The notes under the pieces are model-generated. The model saw only the letters and a list, made by a program, of their open reading frames with translations. It ran no database searches and was not told the origin of the DNA. Shown here one piece after another: positions 25,363 through 36,987 of a DNA stretch of 64,000 nucleotides (positions are counted from its first letter, which is position 1; each line of letters begins with the position of its first letter). The position numbers were made by a program, and so were the translations under genes. Origin of the DNA: Lama glama (Eukaryota); NCBI GenBank assembly GCA_028534125.1, contig CM052817.1, positions 34,102,001 to 34,166,000 on the forward strand, written 5' to 3'.

Positions 25363-26707
25363 GCCTCACAATTGATAGTTTCTTAGTTCAATGAAATTTA
25401 GAGTATAAACCTCAGAGGATCATACTGATAGTAAATGAGTCCCTAGAGCATAGGAAGCACTATCTGAGCCTTAGCTGTTTATTCTTACCTACTTTACAGA
25501 GTGGTTGAGAAAGCTAAACAAGACAGCACTTGCAAAGGGCCTAGCCGAGAACCTAGCATCCAGGGAGCCCTCCATCAGTGTTGACTGCTATCTCACTATT
25601 CATTTGGAAATATTTTCATACCAGTAAAGAAAAGTTATTGAGAGAAAGGAATTCACCATATGAAAAATAAGAAAATATATATATAAATTTAAAAATAGGA
25701 AATACATATATATTTTAAATCTTGGAACTTGATGATGATTTTGAAAACCCTAGTGCACCATTAAGAAAGCAGAAGCTGATAGTCATGACTTCAGGCATAA
25801 TGCTTACATGATTAATGTCCAAAAGTGTTTTGTAATTACCTAATTGTCTGGCACCATTTCAAGTCCTATTTTTTAACCCTTTCATGGGAAGCCAAAGACA
25901 TCTCCAGTGGGTATGACACACTGATGCAAAATACATTAAGCTTTTACAGCAGTGCCTCAAGACCACCAATAGCATCAAGAGATTAATAATTGGAGTAAGA
26001 GAGATAAATGTCTTTGATGAATAATTCAGCCCCTGGTCAGAAATTAGAAACTTGAGAGCCCCAATACTTGGGAGAGTCAACAGAAACCCGCCTTTAATGG
26101 GCTATAATTTTAAATATGAGGAGGATGTTGCCAGTTGTCACTTAGATCAGCTTAAAACACACTTCTCAATGAAAAGAAACTCCCTCAAAATGAGATCACC
26201 CAACTGAGGCAGATTTGAGATAAATAGAGATGAGTATGTTTCTGATCTAGCTTAACAACAGATTCTCTTTGTCATCCTGAACAAGATCATGAACTTCTTT
26301 ATAGATAAACTTATGAAAATTTTAAGCCTCACACATACATTTTATCTCTAAATTAGACATTCCTCCACCAAGCTACACTGTTATTAGATTAGCTTGCTTC
26401 TTCTCTAACACCCAGAGTTTTTCACTGAGTCCACCCTTATTAAAATGTCCCAACCAACCCTAGGAATTTCTAATATTGTCAACAAATCTACTCTGTGCTA
26501 ACAAAAGAAAACTAGTGAAGGTGGTCCTAGGAAGAGTGTGTGCATTTTACATCTGGCCTTAGGTGTGCAAAACCCCAACCTTTGACATCAAATGCAAAGG
26601 AATGACTCAGATGATGGAAATTTCCATCCCAGCAGGAAGGAAGGATTTTGTCAAGGAAATACAGTACAAGCTGGTAGGTTTCTACCTATAAAAGAAGGAT
26701 ATAAGTC

Positions 26708-27155
26708 TGTAGCAGACAAAGCTGTGTGCTCACCGAGCCCATTTCATGTTCTTCTTGGGCACACAGCTGAACTACATTTCCCAACCTCCTCTGTGGTTAG
26801 TGGGGCCATGAGACAGAGTCCTGGCCAATGGAATGCATGATGAGTCCAAGCCTGGCCCTCAAACTCCCAGAGCCACCCTCCACTGTCTCATCTACCACAT
26901 GAATGATGATGCAAGCCTGGGGACCACAGTATTCAGGGCAACCTTGAGAGAAAAGCCCTGAACATGGAAGAGCCACAGTCTAGAAGGAGCCTGGATCCTG
27001 ACTGACTGCAGAGAGCAGGCAGCCCCCACTACACATTTATCAACCATATTATACTCTGACATGAGTTAGAAATACACTTTTACTGTGTTAACCCACTGAG
27101 ATTTGGTGGTTATTTCTTCCAGCAGCTATAGCTTTATTCACCTTGAATGCTACAG
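26708..27155 (+). mobile_element. MaLR LTR (MLT1I/J-like)
   Basis: actacatttcccaacctcc...ggggccatgagacagagtcctggccaatgg...aaggagcctggatcc...cccactgagattt. Confidence 0.75.
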
Positions 27156-27279
27156 GTATTGACAGTCCTGAAAGGAACATTACAAGGATCAACTTACTGA
27201 TTTGCTTTTTAATTTATTCAACAAGTATTTATTTCAAAGCTATGATGTAAGAGTTACTCTGCTAGGTACCAACCTGTGA

Positions 27280-27540
27280 AGTACTTTGATGATAGAGTTT
27301 AAGACCTTGGACTTTACAATCAAAACTGGTATTTGAATTCTAGTCCTGTCACTTCTCAGCTGTGTGAGCTTGATCATGTTACTTAACTTCTCTGGACTTT
27401 AGTTTTCTCACCTGCAAGATGGGATAATGATAATATCTACCTCATAAGGTTTTCCTGAGAATTAAATGAACTAATCAATGTCTGTAAAATACTGAACTCC
27501 TTTGTGGCATATAACTCAATAAAAGTTAACATCATTGTCG
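27280..27540 (+). mobile_element. MIR SINE
   Basis: gttacttaacttctctgg...gatgggataatgataatatctacctcataagg. Confidence 0.8.
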
Positions 27541-28998
27541 AGTCTGGACAAAGCTCCAATTTTCCAAATTAAACATTACATGAATTATTGTTAATCGTCA
27601 AATTTATAAGTGCATTCTGCTTTATCAGTACACAGCCATGAAGGGCTAATCCAATGATTTTTCTGAAAGGGACTGAAGAAATGTGATCATCAGGGCAGAT
27701 TCCCAGCACTTGCCCTGGTTTGGACAAAGAAGCACACCCTCTGGCAGTGCATTCTGGGAAACTGCATTTTAGCGGAGGAAAAGCACAAAATTACTGGCAA
27801 GATTTGCAGATTTGGAAGAAGAAGAGAGAAAGAAAATGGCAGTTAAAAGAGAGCCTCCTTCCCTCAGATAGCCCTAATGATATGTTTTCTCTGCACTCTG
27901 GGTCTTTTCTAGTGGGATGGGTTCATTAAATAAATATGTGTTTCTCTTTACTTTTTCAAAACCCAGTAATACAAAGACTTATGTTTGTTTAGTATGTTTT
28001 AATTTGCTTTCACAGCCAAAACATGTCTGTTGGGCAGGCAGTTCCTTGAGAAGATCCTATTTACCCTGTTTCACCCCAGTCAAGAGTTTTTCGGAAGAGA
28101 GCACAAAATGCCATTTTAGAGGTAGGATTGGATGGGCTGGTGTTCAGAGATTTCCTTAACCTGGCGAAGGAGCAAAAGAAAAACAGCACAAAGCAAAACC
28201 AAACCAGATTCCGGATAAATTGGCATGGAAGGATTCCAGGCCCAGAAAACTCTTCTTTAGAAAGTTTATATATTTTTTCTAAGCCCATCATCCTGGTTTC
28301 AATTATCGATGGTTAATGAATCTGTACTTTTATGGTGTGAACAAAAGACCTGAAGGAGATGGGAGGTTGGGCTCAAACAGGCAATAAGTGACTTGCTTTA
28401 GGGAAGAAGCAAAATCCAAACCAGGGTACAAATCACCCGTCTTTGCCTACTCAATGCCCACGGGTTTTACCAAGAAGGAGAGTTAGAGCAAAAATTCTAG
28501 GGCAAAGATTTTTAAAATGAGAAGGCAGCAGCTCCCTAAAAGGCAAGTCAGGCAAGTAGCTTAATCTATTTTCCATTACAAACTGAAGGGATTGCATTGT
28601 CCCAGACATCAAAAAAGGTCACTGTGAACTTTAAAAAATCTCCATTTGTTTGTTCGGCAGTTTGCATAGGACAGAGAACAGAGCCATTTGTGAGAAAGGA
28701 TCCCAATTTTGTGACTCTAACCTTAAAAACTGGAGAAAGATAGGAGCAGCCCCTTGTTGTCACTGCCCCTTAATGATGAGAGGTGGCCAGCAACGTTCTG
28801 TGCCTTTGTTCTCTGGGACTCGATGCAGAAGAGATCCTAGGTAGGGACAAGCTGCCCCCACGAGATTAGATCTGGCAATTTCTGAAAAGTTTTTTGAACA
28901 TTTCTTAAGTAAATAAGGTAGACTAATCATATTTTCTTTTTAAGGGTCTTGAGTAAGGCGGACAAATCATATCTTTTTTAATGGTCTTTCACTTAAAA

Positions 28999-29130
28999 AT
29001 TTTTTTTTTCAATCATTAGGTCTACTTAATTATTTATTACTAGTTTTGTTTTATAGAAGTACTGGGGATTGGACCAGGACCTCGTGCATGCTATACATAC
29101 ACTCTACCATTTGAGCTATACCCATCCCCC
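28999..29130 (-). mobile_element. tRNA-derived SINE (camelid Vic-1-like)
   Basis: gtactggggatt...ggacctcgtgcatgct...ctctaccatttgagctatacc = antisense A/B-box head; flanked by gtctttca on both sides. Confidence 0.85.
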
Positions 29131-29569
29131 CATTAGTCTTTCATTTTATACAAGAGTGTTTAGAAGAAGGAAAATCTGTCTACCATTTGGCCTCAGAAAA
29201 TTAGCCTACCAAATGGAGTTAACTGATTACCTTCTGAAACCAGTTTGGCCCAGACTGAGCCCAGGATTTCTTTAGCAGTCCCAGCACCCCCCAGGAGAAA
29301 GGGGGTGGCTCTGTTTTCATCTCGATTTTCCCCCTGCTTCTGCTTACATTCCATGCTGACATTATGAGTCTTTAGGACTGTCTTTGGGAAGTTTAGACCT
29401 GAACAAGACCTCAGGAAGGTTCCACAGCTTCAGAAAGCCCTAGAACAGATCCTTGTCGAGGGGGAATTTTCAGGCCTGGAAAGAAACTCTGCTCAGCCCG
29501 ACTACCTGGCTATCACCCTTGGCTGTTCATGGGACTTAATGGCAAATCAATTTTGTGTGTTCTGTATAT

Positions 29570-29760
29570 CAACTCAATTTAATCTTTACAATAACCCAAT
29601 GAGGTAGGACAATTATTATCCTATTTTATAAATGAGGAAACAGGCTCAGAGAGTTTGGGTAACTTCCCCAGGGTCACACAGCTAGTCAGTGGAAGAGCTG
29701 GGATTCAAACACAGGGAGCATGATCCAAGAGCTTATGAACTTAACCACTAACTATACTAT
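29570..29760 (-). mobile_element. MIR SINE
   Basis: atgaggaaacaggctcagagag...ccagggtcacacagctagtcagtggaagagctgggattcaaac. Confidence 0.9.
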
Positions 29761-31107
29761 TTCTCTTCAAATCTGAAATCCTCACAATAATAAAGGATAA
29801 CCTGTGATGTTGGAAATACAGGCTAAGTGGTGGGGGAGATATCTTCGACTGGTGTAGCCTTCCTAGCTCTCTTCACAATCCACTTCGCAGAAGTCCATCA
29901 GTTCCTGTAAGACTCTCCCCGGTAAGTACTCCCAGGACCACTCAGTTTCAGGTAATTTCTCCTATGCCTCACGGTACACCTTCCCCAGCACCTCATTATC
30001 CTGGCAGATCAAGTACCACGGGAGGAAGCTGCTCTTAGTCCTTCCAACACAATAAGAGTATTCTCATTTTCCAAGATCCCTGATTATGAGCCTGAATAGA
30101 AAATTTGGTTTCTGATTAATAAGCATGCTTGCCTTTATGTTTCTACAGAAAGCATTTGTGCTAATAATATGATACTTAATAATGAGGTGTCTATCACAGG
30201 AAGCAAAATGTCAACGGGGAAACAGTAATGTTGGACCAAGTTTAAATGTCATGCTTTTTAAAGAGCCTTTACCCACAAGGGTCCTACCCAAATCACTGGT
30301 ATTTATAAAAGGTGCTGCAAAGCATAGACTTTTGTTTTTCTTTTTCATTGGTGGTTCCAGGGTGCCCTCCATGTTTTAGAAAAGCCTTGGGCCTGGAAGT
30401 GCTCAAGCATCAAGCTGGCAGAGCTTGGCAGAGTAACACTGCTGCCAAGTTGAGGACAAATCTATTTGTCCCTCTGTTACCATTAGAACCTTCATCCCTG
30501 CATTTAGAACCTGACATGTGCCAAACTGCCCAATTGTTCCTTGCCTGTCATTAAAGTCTGCAGCTAAACACGGGTTTTGAAACACATCATCACAACTGTC
30601 CAAACACAAACCCCAGTGTATTCAAGAGTCCCAGGGAGGATCGGGGTGCAGGACTAAAATGATGTGAATTGGCCAAGATTCAAAATGCCATTTAAAATCA
30701 AGCACACAAAAAAAGTGGTGCCTGTGAAAAGCACTGGATTGACAACATAAAGGCATAAAGGCTGGAGTCCTGTGTTTTCTGAGCTCCTGAGAGAGCCTGC
30801 CCCTCTTTGCCTGGCCTGCATGGCTCATTCTGAAGGGGCAGAAAAAAGTGTTTGTTCCAGAACAAGACTGGCCAGAGAAATGTGCCAGCAGACCAATACC
30901 CCAGCAATGTGGCCTCTCCCTGGCTCTCCACTCCTGAACACCAACTCAATTCCAGTCACATCAGTAGGAGTTTGGAGGTAACGGTATGGAAGGGCTGAAG
31001 AGGGCATCTGGTTATTGTAAGATAAAACTAGTCATTTTTGACTTATCAGTGTAGTTTTCCCGGAGCACCTAAATGCAGAAACTTTGTGCGCTATAACCAA
31101 GCCTACC

Positions 31108-31465
31108 TGATCAGGCTAAACTAAATTACGCCACAGCAACAAGCAACTCCAAAATCGCAGTGGCTTAAGCCAGCAAAGATTTATTTCTCATCATACTACC
31201 TGTCCATCACGGTTCAGCCCGGAGGCTCCTCTGCTGATAGTCTTCAGAAACCCAGGTTGATGAACAGTCATCATCTCCAATGCCATGACTCAAAGACCAG
31301 AAGGGAAAAAAAGCCCTGGAGGGTCTCAGAGTAGCAGCTAAATGATCTGGCCTGGAAGTGACACCGTCTTATTTTCTCAAAATTCACTGGCCAGAACTAA
31401 TCACCTGGCCAAACACAAGAAGGCCAGGATGTGTAATCCTACCATCTGCCATGGTGACTATCACT
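31108..31465 (-). mobile_element. MaLR LTR (MLT1K/L-like)
   Basis: ccaaaatcgcagtggcttaa...atttatttctc...ggcctggaagtgacac...cactggccagaactaatcac. Confidence 0.7.
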
Positions 31466-32045
31466 GACACCCTAGGTCACATCTCTAAGCAGCAAAGTTC
31501 AAACTCTTGACTTGAATTTTCTGTACACCATGATTTTAATATAGAAGCAGAGCTCACAGGCAACCAGAGTTAATTGAGCGGAACCTTGATGATGGAAAGG
31601 TGAGTCATCTGGGCAGCTCAGTATAGCCTAAAACTCTAGCTTTGTTTGGATATTCCATTCTTCCTCCAGAAGTTATCATCAGAGTTCCTGACTTAGTCCC
31701 AGAATTACTGATTCCCTTGCTTGTCTATTTGGAGTCCTCCAGATTGGAGAGAATTTGGAGACATACCAAGTACTCTGGACCCTTTCTAGTCCAGATGCCC
31801 TTGCATTCCGGGTAGGAGAAAAACAAGTCCCTGGAGCAGGGCAAGACCCTAGGGAATTATTTTCTGACATCGATTGTGATCCAGAATTCCTGCCAGAGGT
31901 CTGTGATATCTGCAATATCTGCAAACTGCCAGGGGAGTCTTGTTTCCCAGGTGTGTGTGGCTGTGTTAATGTATGCAGAATCTTGTGATCTGTAAAACAT
32001 GCATTCAGTTATAAAAGGGGCACTGAACTCATCTGATCATTGCAT

Positions 32046-32069
32046 ATTTTCTCAGTCGACAGCTCCTCA
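32046..32069 (+). repeat. 24-bp dispersed repeat copy 2
   Basis: Identical to 19124-19147. Confidence 0.95.
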
Positions 32070-33997
32070 AAGCACTTGCAGCATAATTTTGAGGAGGGGG
32101 TGGTCTGCCAATTTTGGGGAGATGATTTAAAAAGTTAAAGAGGTTCTTATAGTGTTAGAAATTTCTGCTCCCTGGATTGGGTGCTTTGTGAGGGTCTTTT
32201 TTTAGGTATTCTCAGAACTTTTGGGTGAAATTTCTGGACAAAGGAAAGCCATGGGTAAATATTTCAGTAGGTGTTCCTGAAGCTGAAATTTGTCTTCTAG
32301 CAGAGTTATCCCACTGAGGGTGGGTGAGTTAGCCGGAGGGGTAGCATTTTGAGAATACCAACCTAAAGCTTTGTGCAAACAAAACTCCTGCTTGCAGGCA
32401 GGTCGGTGCAGACGACATTTGGTCAAGGGGCATCATGGGAAACAGGAAATCAACGATTATAGAGCTGGGATGGAGAGGAGTATACACCACCCCCCAGTGT
32501 TCATTGTGGTGACTGAATGCTTGTCATCACCCATTTCAGGTGAGGTCAGAGTAATCTGCTCACAGTTACAAATGGAAGGAAAGGCAGGTGTACGTCAAGA
32601 CCACAGCAATGTCCCAGCCCATGATTTTCTGTCATGTTAGCACAGATGACAAACCCATTGGTGGGGTAGCTGGTGGCAGTACAGAGTACAGAATCAGAAT
32701 AACCTCTTTAAGTCCACCTTGTTCATATTCCTGGTCAACACTCCCCTTCTCCCTGGCAGGATCTTCTGGAAGGGCTGAAGGAGGCATTACTGAGTCATAT
32801 ATACCAGCAGCACATGCATCCACAGTCTGGGGAGAAGAACTCCCTGTTGATCATCTTCCCTGTGAAAATGACCACAGCTCATCACATGAGCTTTGTAGAT
32901 GAAACCAGTCACTATTTATAGGACCAAGGAAAGATTCATCAGCAAAAGACAACCGTTTGTGACCTGAGCCCATGGAAGGCCATCTCTAACTCTGCCCTCT
33001 AGAGGCAGGACATGCTGGTTAACGCAATCAAATCTTCACGTTGGAGAAACATCAGTGGTAGGTAGACAACATGAGAGCCTGTCACTTTACACTAGGCTGC
33101 TGCCGGTGCCCTTGAAAGCTCAGACACATGCTATTGTTGGAATTTCTGGGAACCAGAGTGACCACATAGCCGATAGAGCCAAGGAGGTAACTTCTCCTGT
33201 TACTCTGAATCCCTGGGCCTGTGTAATAAGTTCATATTGGTTAGTATAGGTAGCTCTTCCTTTTCTTTCTTTAGAGATCAATCATCATTATTTATTTGAG
33301 TGAATGAATCCTTTCATCTTAATGGTACACAATGAGCAAAAAAATGGAATAGAAACCACATCCTTAGGTCATAGTCCTGTTTATTTGCATCGTTTCCCAG
33401 TCAAAGCCCCGAGCTGGCTGCCATAAGCTTCTCTCCAGGTCTAGGAGTCAGGGCAGGGAAAGAGTTAAAGATGGGGCTGGTCTGCAGCTGCTGGGCCTGA
33501 GAAAAGTCCATGACACCATTCTGGGCAAAGTCAGATTTAGGACAAATATACAGAGCAAGCACTAACTCCAGAGGGGCCAGTAAGCCCCAGGTCCCAAGGG
33601 AAGCATCTGCCACCTGCCCAAGCAATGGGGGCAGGAAAGCTGATGGCAGACAGAACAGAGGGAAATTAGCTGATTTCCCTGGTTTGCAGAGTTCACCCCT
33701 CTTACAGAGGATCCTGGGAAGCAGCTGTAGATGGAGAAGGAGCTGCTGAAGGGGAAAATGTCTGGACTTGTGTTTGGTGTAAACCCAAGGGCCCCTCGGA
33801 GTCAAAAAATTATTGGAGAATAAAAGAGCAGTGGCAGCTGAGGGGATTGCAGCCAGCCCTTGCTCAGCAGGCTGTCTTCTGGGGAGATCAGGATCACGGA
33901 GCCCATCAGCCAGAACCGATCTCTGAATGTCCAGGGTGAGTAGTGCGCACACACAGAGATTACACGTTGCCGAGGCCCCAGGGGGGACAGTTCTGGA

Positions 33998-34018
33998 GTC
34001 AGCACCACGGAGAGGGCA
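33998..34018 (+). promoter_or_regulatory. REST/NRSF RE1 silencer element
   Basis: GTCAGCACCACGGAGAGGGCA vs consensus TTCAGCACCACGGACAGCGCC; both half-sites present with canonical 2-bp spacer. Confidence 0.7.
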
Positions 34019-34134
34019 GGGCCTGTGGGCTGCCTGAGAAAGTGAACAGGACACCATGAGCTAATGGAGTGAAGCCAGATGAATACAAAGGCCTTAGGAG
34101 GAGTAGAAAGACAGCAGAGCCAAGGAAGCAGCCT

Positions 34135-34240
34135 CTTGAGGAAGGCTGTGGAAGAGCCTAGAGGGGGCCCAAGGATCTGCGTTCTGAACCAAAGCCCAAG
34201 ATGATTCCAATGCAGGTGGGACCATGAGCCACATTTTGGC
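34135..34240. mobile_element. MER5-like hAT MITE fragment
   Basis: ggggcccaaggatctgcgtt...atgattccaatgcaggtgg...ccacattttg. Confidence 0.6.
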
Positions 34241-35129
34241 AGATGAGAGGTTTTAGAGGACTGATGTGTGCGGCATCCCATGGACAAAGGAAACACATGT
34301 TTCAATCTTCCAATGTTTTGGTAAGAACTCTGGGAGGTGGTAGTTCGCTAAGCTGGAGAAGGGGTGGAACTCGGGCAGACAGTAGGCTGAGCTGCAGGGC
34401 CAGCCCACCTTCATGCCTGAGCCTGGGGTGTACTTCCAGGCCTCTGGGTTCTCTTCTCAGGCACAGTGACAGGACCGAAAGGCAGAGTGACAAATGTCTC
34501 TGGGGTCCTGTCCTAACGGCATCACATGCCAGCCACCTGAGAGAGAGGAGCCCTGCACTTGAACTCAGCCACAGTTGACTGTGGAAGCTTTTGCGTCCAG
34601 GGTGTGTGCACGCCTGCTAACTCACACACTTCCACGCAGATCTGCCCTTGGCCTTGCCGAGTGTGAATCTGTGAAATGAAGGTCAGTGCTATCTTGGTAT
34701 GAGGACCTGATCATACTGGGTTCTGACTAATTTTTAGGAATCCTAGACATTTTTCCTTTGGGGTTTTATTTTCATGAGAATCTAAAACAAAAGCTTTACC
34801 AGTTATAAAGATAACGTTTTTCTTTTGGAACAAAGATTCCCATTTGAAAGTCTTCTTCCATAGAGTAAAACTTGATTTTTTTTAAAGCCAGTGTTTCTCT
34901 AGCTGTGGTCTCCAGAAATACTAGGGGGGCTTCAAATACATTCTCCCGGATCTATCTGAATGGTCTTTTCTTTTTCTTATTAAAAGTGAAAACCACCATT
35001 TTAGTGCATTGCAATGGAACACTAGTTTTAAGTATAGGATCCAGAATGAAATTCTCCTTGGCTTTATAATGGCATTAAGTGGAAAATCTCCAAGGATGAA
35101 CTACATGGTGTGCCAATCCATTTGAATTC

Positions 35130-36650
35130 AATTCAATTCAACAAGTATTTATTGAGCTGTGGTCCTGACGCAATGGCAGGCACAAGGGAACAGAGAGCAC
35201 TAAAGTTCCTGATCCTCTTGGGAGAGAATGACTGTCCAAGAAGCAATGGGAACATTCTCTCTGGAGGAGTCAGGAAGAGCTTTTCAGAAGGAAGAATTCA
35301 GCAGGATGACTGGCAGAGAGGGAGAGAGAAAGGGGAGAGCAAGAGAAAGAGAGGGGCAGAACAGGGTAGACGCAAGCAACAGCATGAACAAAGACATTGC
35401 CAGAATGTCTTAATGGGGCCGGAATGCAGAGTTTGAGGGTAGATAGCATGAGAAAGTGGATAAATAGGCAAGGACCCGCGTGCCATGCTAAGGAGCTTGG
35501 ACTCACGGGCAGGAGGACATGGCAATTTTTCTGGGTTATAAAACCTTTCTGGAATCTCTCCCCCTGAATGCCTTTATTACTCTGTTTTGTCTACAGAGTT
35601 CCTCTGTAGCCCTTTTCCAATTAGCAAATCAGCTGAGCTTAAACAATCACATCGACTCGTCATCACCTTGATCAGAACAATTCCCAGGGAAGTTTGTGTG
35701 GGTTAGGACTGATTGCTGAGTGGAAAATGTGCTAAGGGTCTCATCACCAGATGAGAATGAGGGGGAGTTAGAGTGTATTTTAAACTACAAATGATGGTTA
35801 AAAAATAAAAGTATGGTTTAAAAAATTGGAAATTCACTCCAAACGGTATACCTGGGTCTATAATCCAAAAGGTGTCTGGTTTAAACAAAACATAAATGAA
35901 TACTCAGGGATATGACCATCACCCTGTTTATAAATAAAGACTGGTATCCTATTTGTTTCCTTCTATACTTTCAATTTATTTTTTCTCCTTTTTCACTCAT
36001 TCATTTAACAAACATTTATTAAGTGAACAGGGTCTCAGAACACAAGGATGAGTAAGACATAGTTCTTGTACTTCAAGAGCACAAAATTGAGTAGATAGAA
36101 TTGTAAACAGATAAATAACCAAACAAATCTACACTGACATAGAAGAACTAAGGATAAGTCATGAACTACAGGGAGTGCCTAGAGAATTAGGAATGACTCT
36201 ATAGCAAAGGAGACATTTGAGCCGGGCTTTGAAGTTTAAATAGGAGTTTCACAGTTAAAAGAAGGAGGAGGGCCATTTCTACTTTCTACATCCTCATGTC
36301 TGGAAACAAACATTCAAGGAGATCTGACCCATTCAGATGTCAAGGGAGGCTTCTCAGAGGCAGCTTCCCTTGGGCTGAGATGTGGGTGAACAGAAATTGA
36401 TGAAGAAGGAAGAATTCTAGGCAGGAGAAGCCGATGCAGAGGCCCTGTGGAGGAAAAAGTATGACAGGCAAAGAGGGGTTGAAATGGAACTTAATTCAGG
36501 TGGAGAGTGGTGAGAGATGAGAATGGGGAAATATTTAGAGATTCAAGACAATATAGGGATAGACTGTGTTAAAGAGGTTTTTCTTTTTTCTTCTTTTTCC
36601 TAAAAGCAATGAGAAGTGATGAAAATGTTTACTCAGATGGACCATGTGAC
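35130..36650 (-). mobile_element. Cluster of L2 fragments (approx. 35130-35520 and 35990-36650)
   Basis: attcaacaagtatttattgagc and cattcatttaacaaacatttattaag are antisense L2 3' ends, followed by typical purine-rich L2 text. Confidence 0.7.
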
Positions 36651-36778
36651 CATCTTAACTGCTAGCAATCTGCAGCTCTTAGACTAAAGAACTGCCATTT
36701 CCCCCCAGGAACCTGGGATTATGAGTTCCTGTTGCAACCATTCCAAAGCCAAGTTGTAGGCTCACTGGGCGGACTCAC

Positions 36779-36987
36779 CTTAGGTATCAGAATATCCTGC
36801 CATCTCCAGTAGCTGCATAATACTTCTTCTCCATAAAGGCGGGCACACTGGCAAACTTTAGTAATTGTCGGGTCTAGTTGTAGACAGCCAGTGCCCTTTA
36901 GACTTGCACAGGGAGCCCTTTCCACTCCGGAAGCCACCCTGTCAGTCTCTGAATGGCATCCTACGTAACCAAGTGTTAGACAAAGCA
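36779..36987 (-). other. Candidate internal exon (209 nt), minus strand
   Basis: Acceptor ttgtgtcttttgccag|TG and consensus donor AAG|gtgagt; one frame open throughout (LCLTLGYVG...WQDILIPK); no homology recognised. Confidence 0.2.

Noticed and set aside
33401..34305. Longest supplied ORFs (218 aa and 167 aa, minus strand)
   Set aside because: No recognisable domain, overlapping ORFs on both strands, one runs through a MER5-like repeat; consistent with chance ORFs in GC-richer DNA
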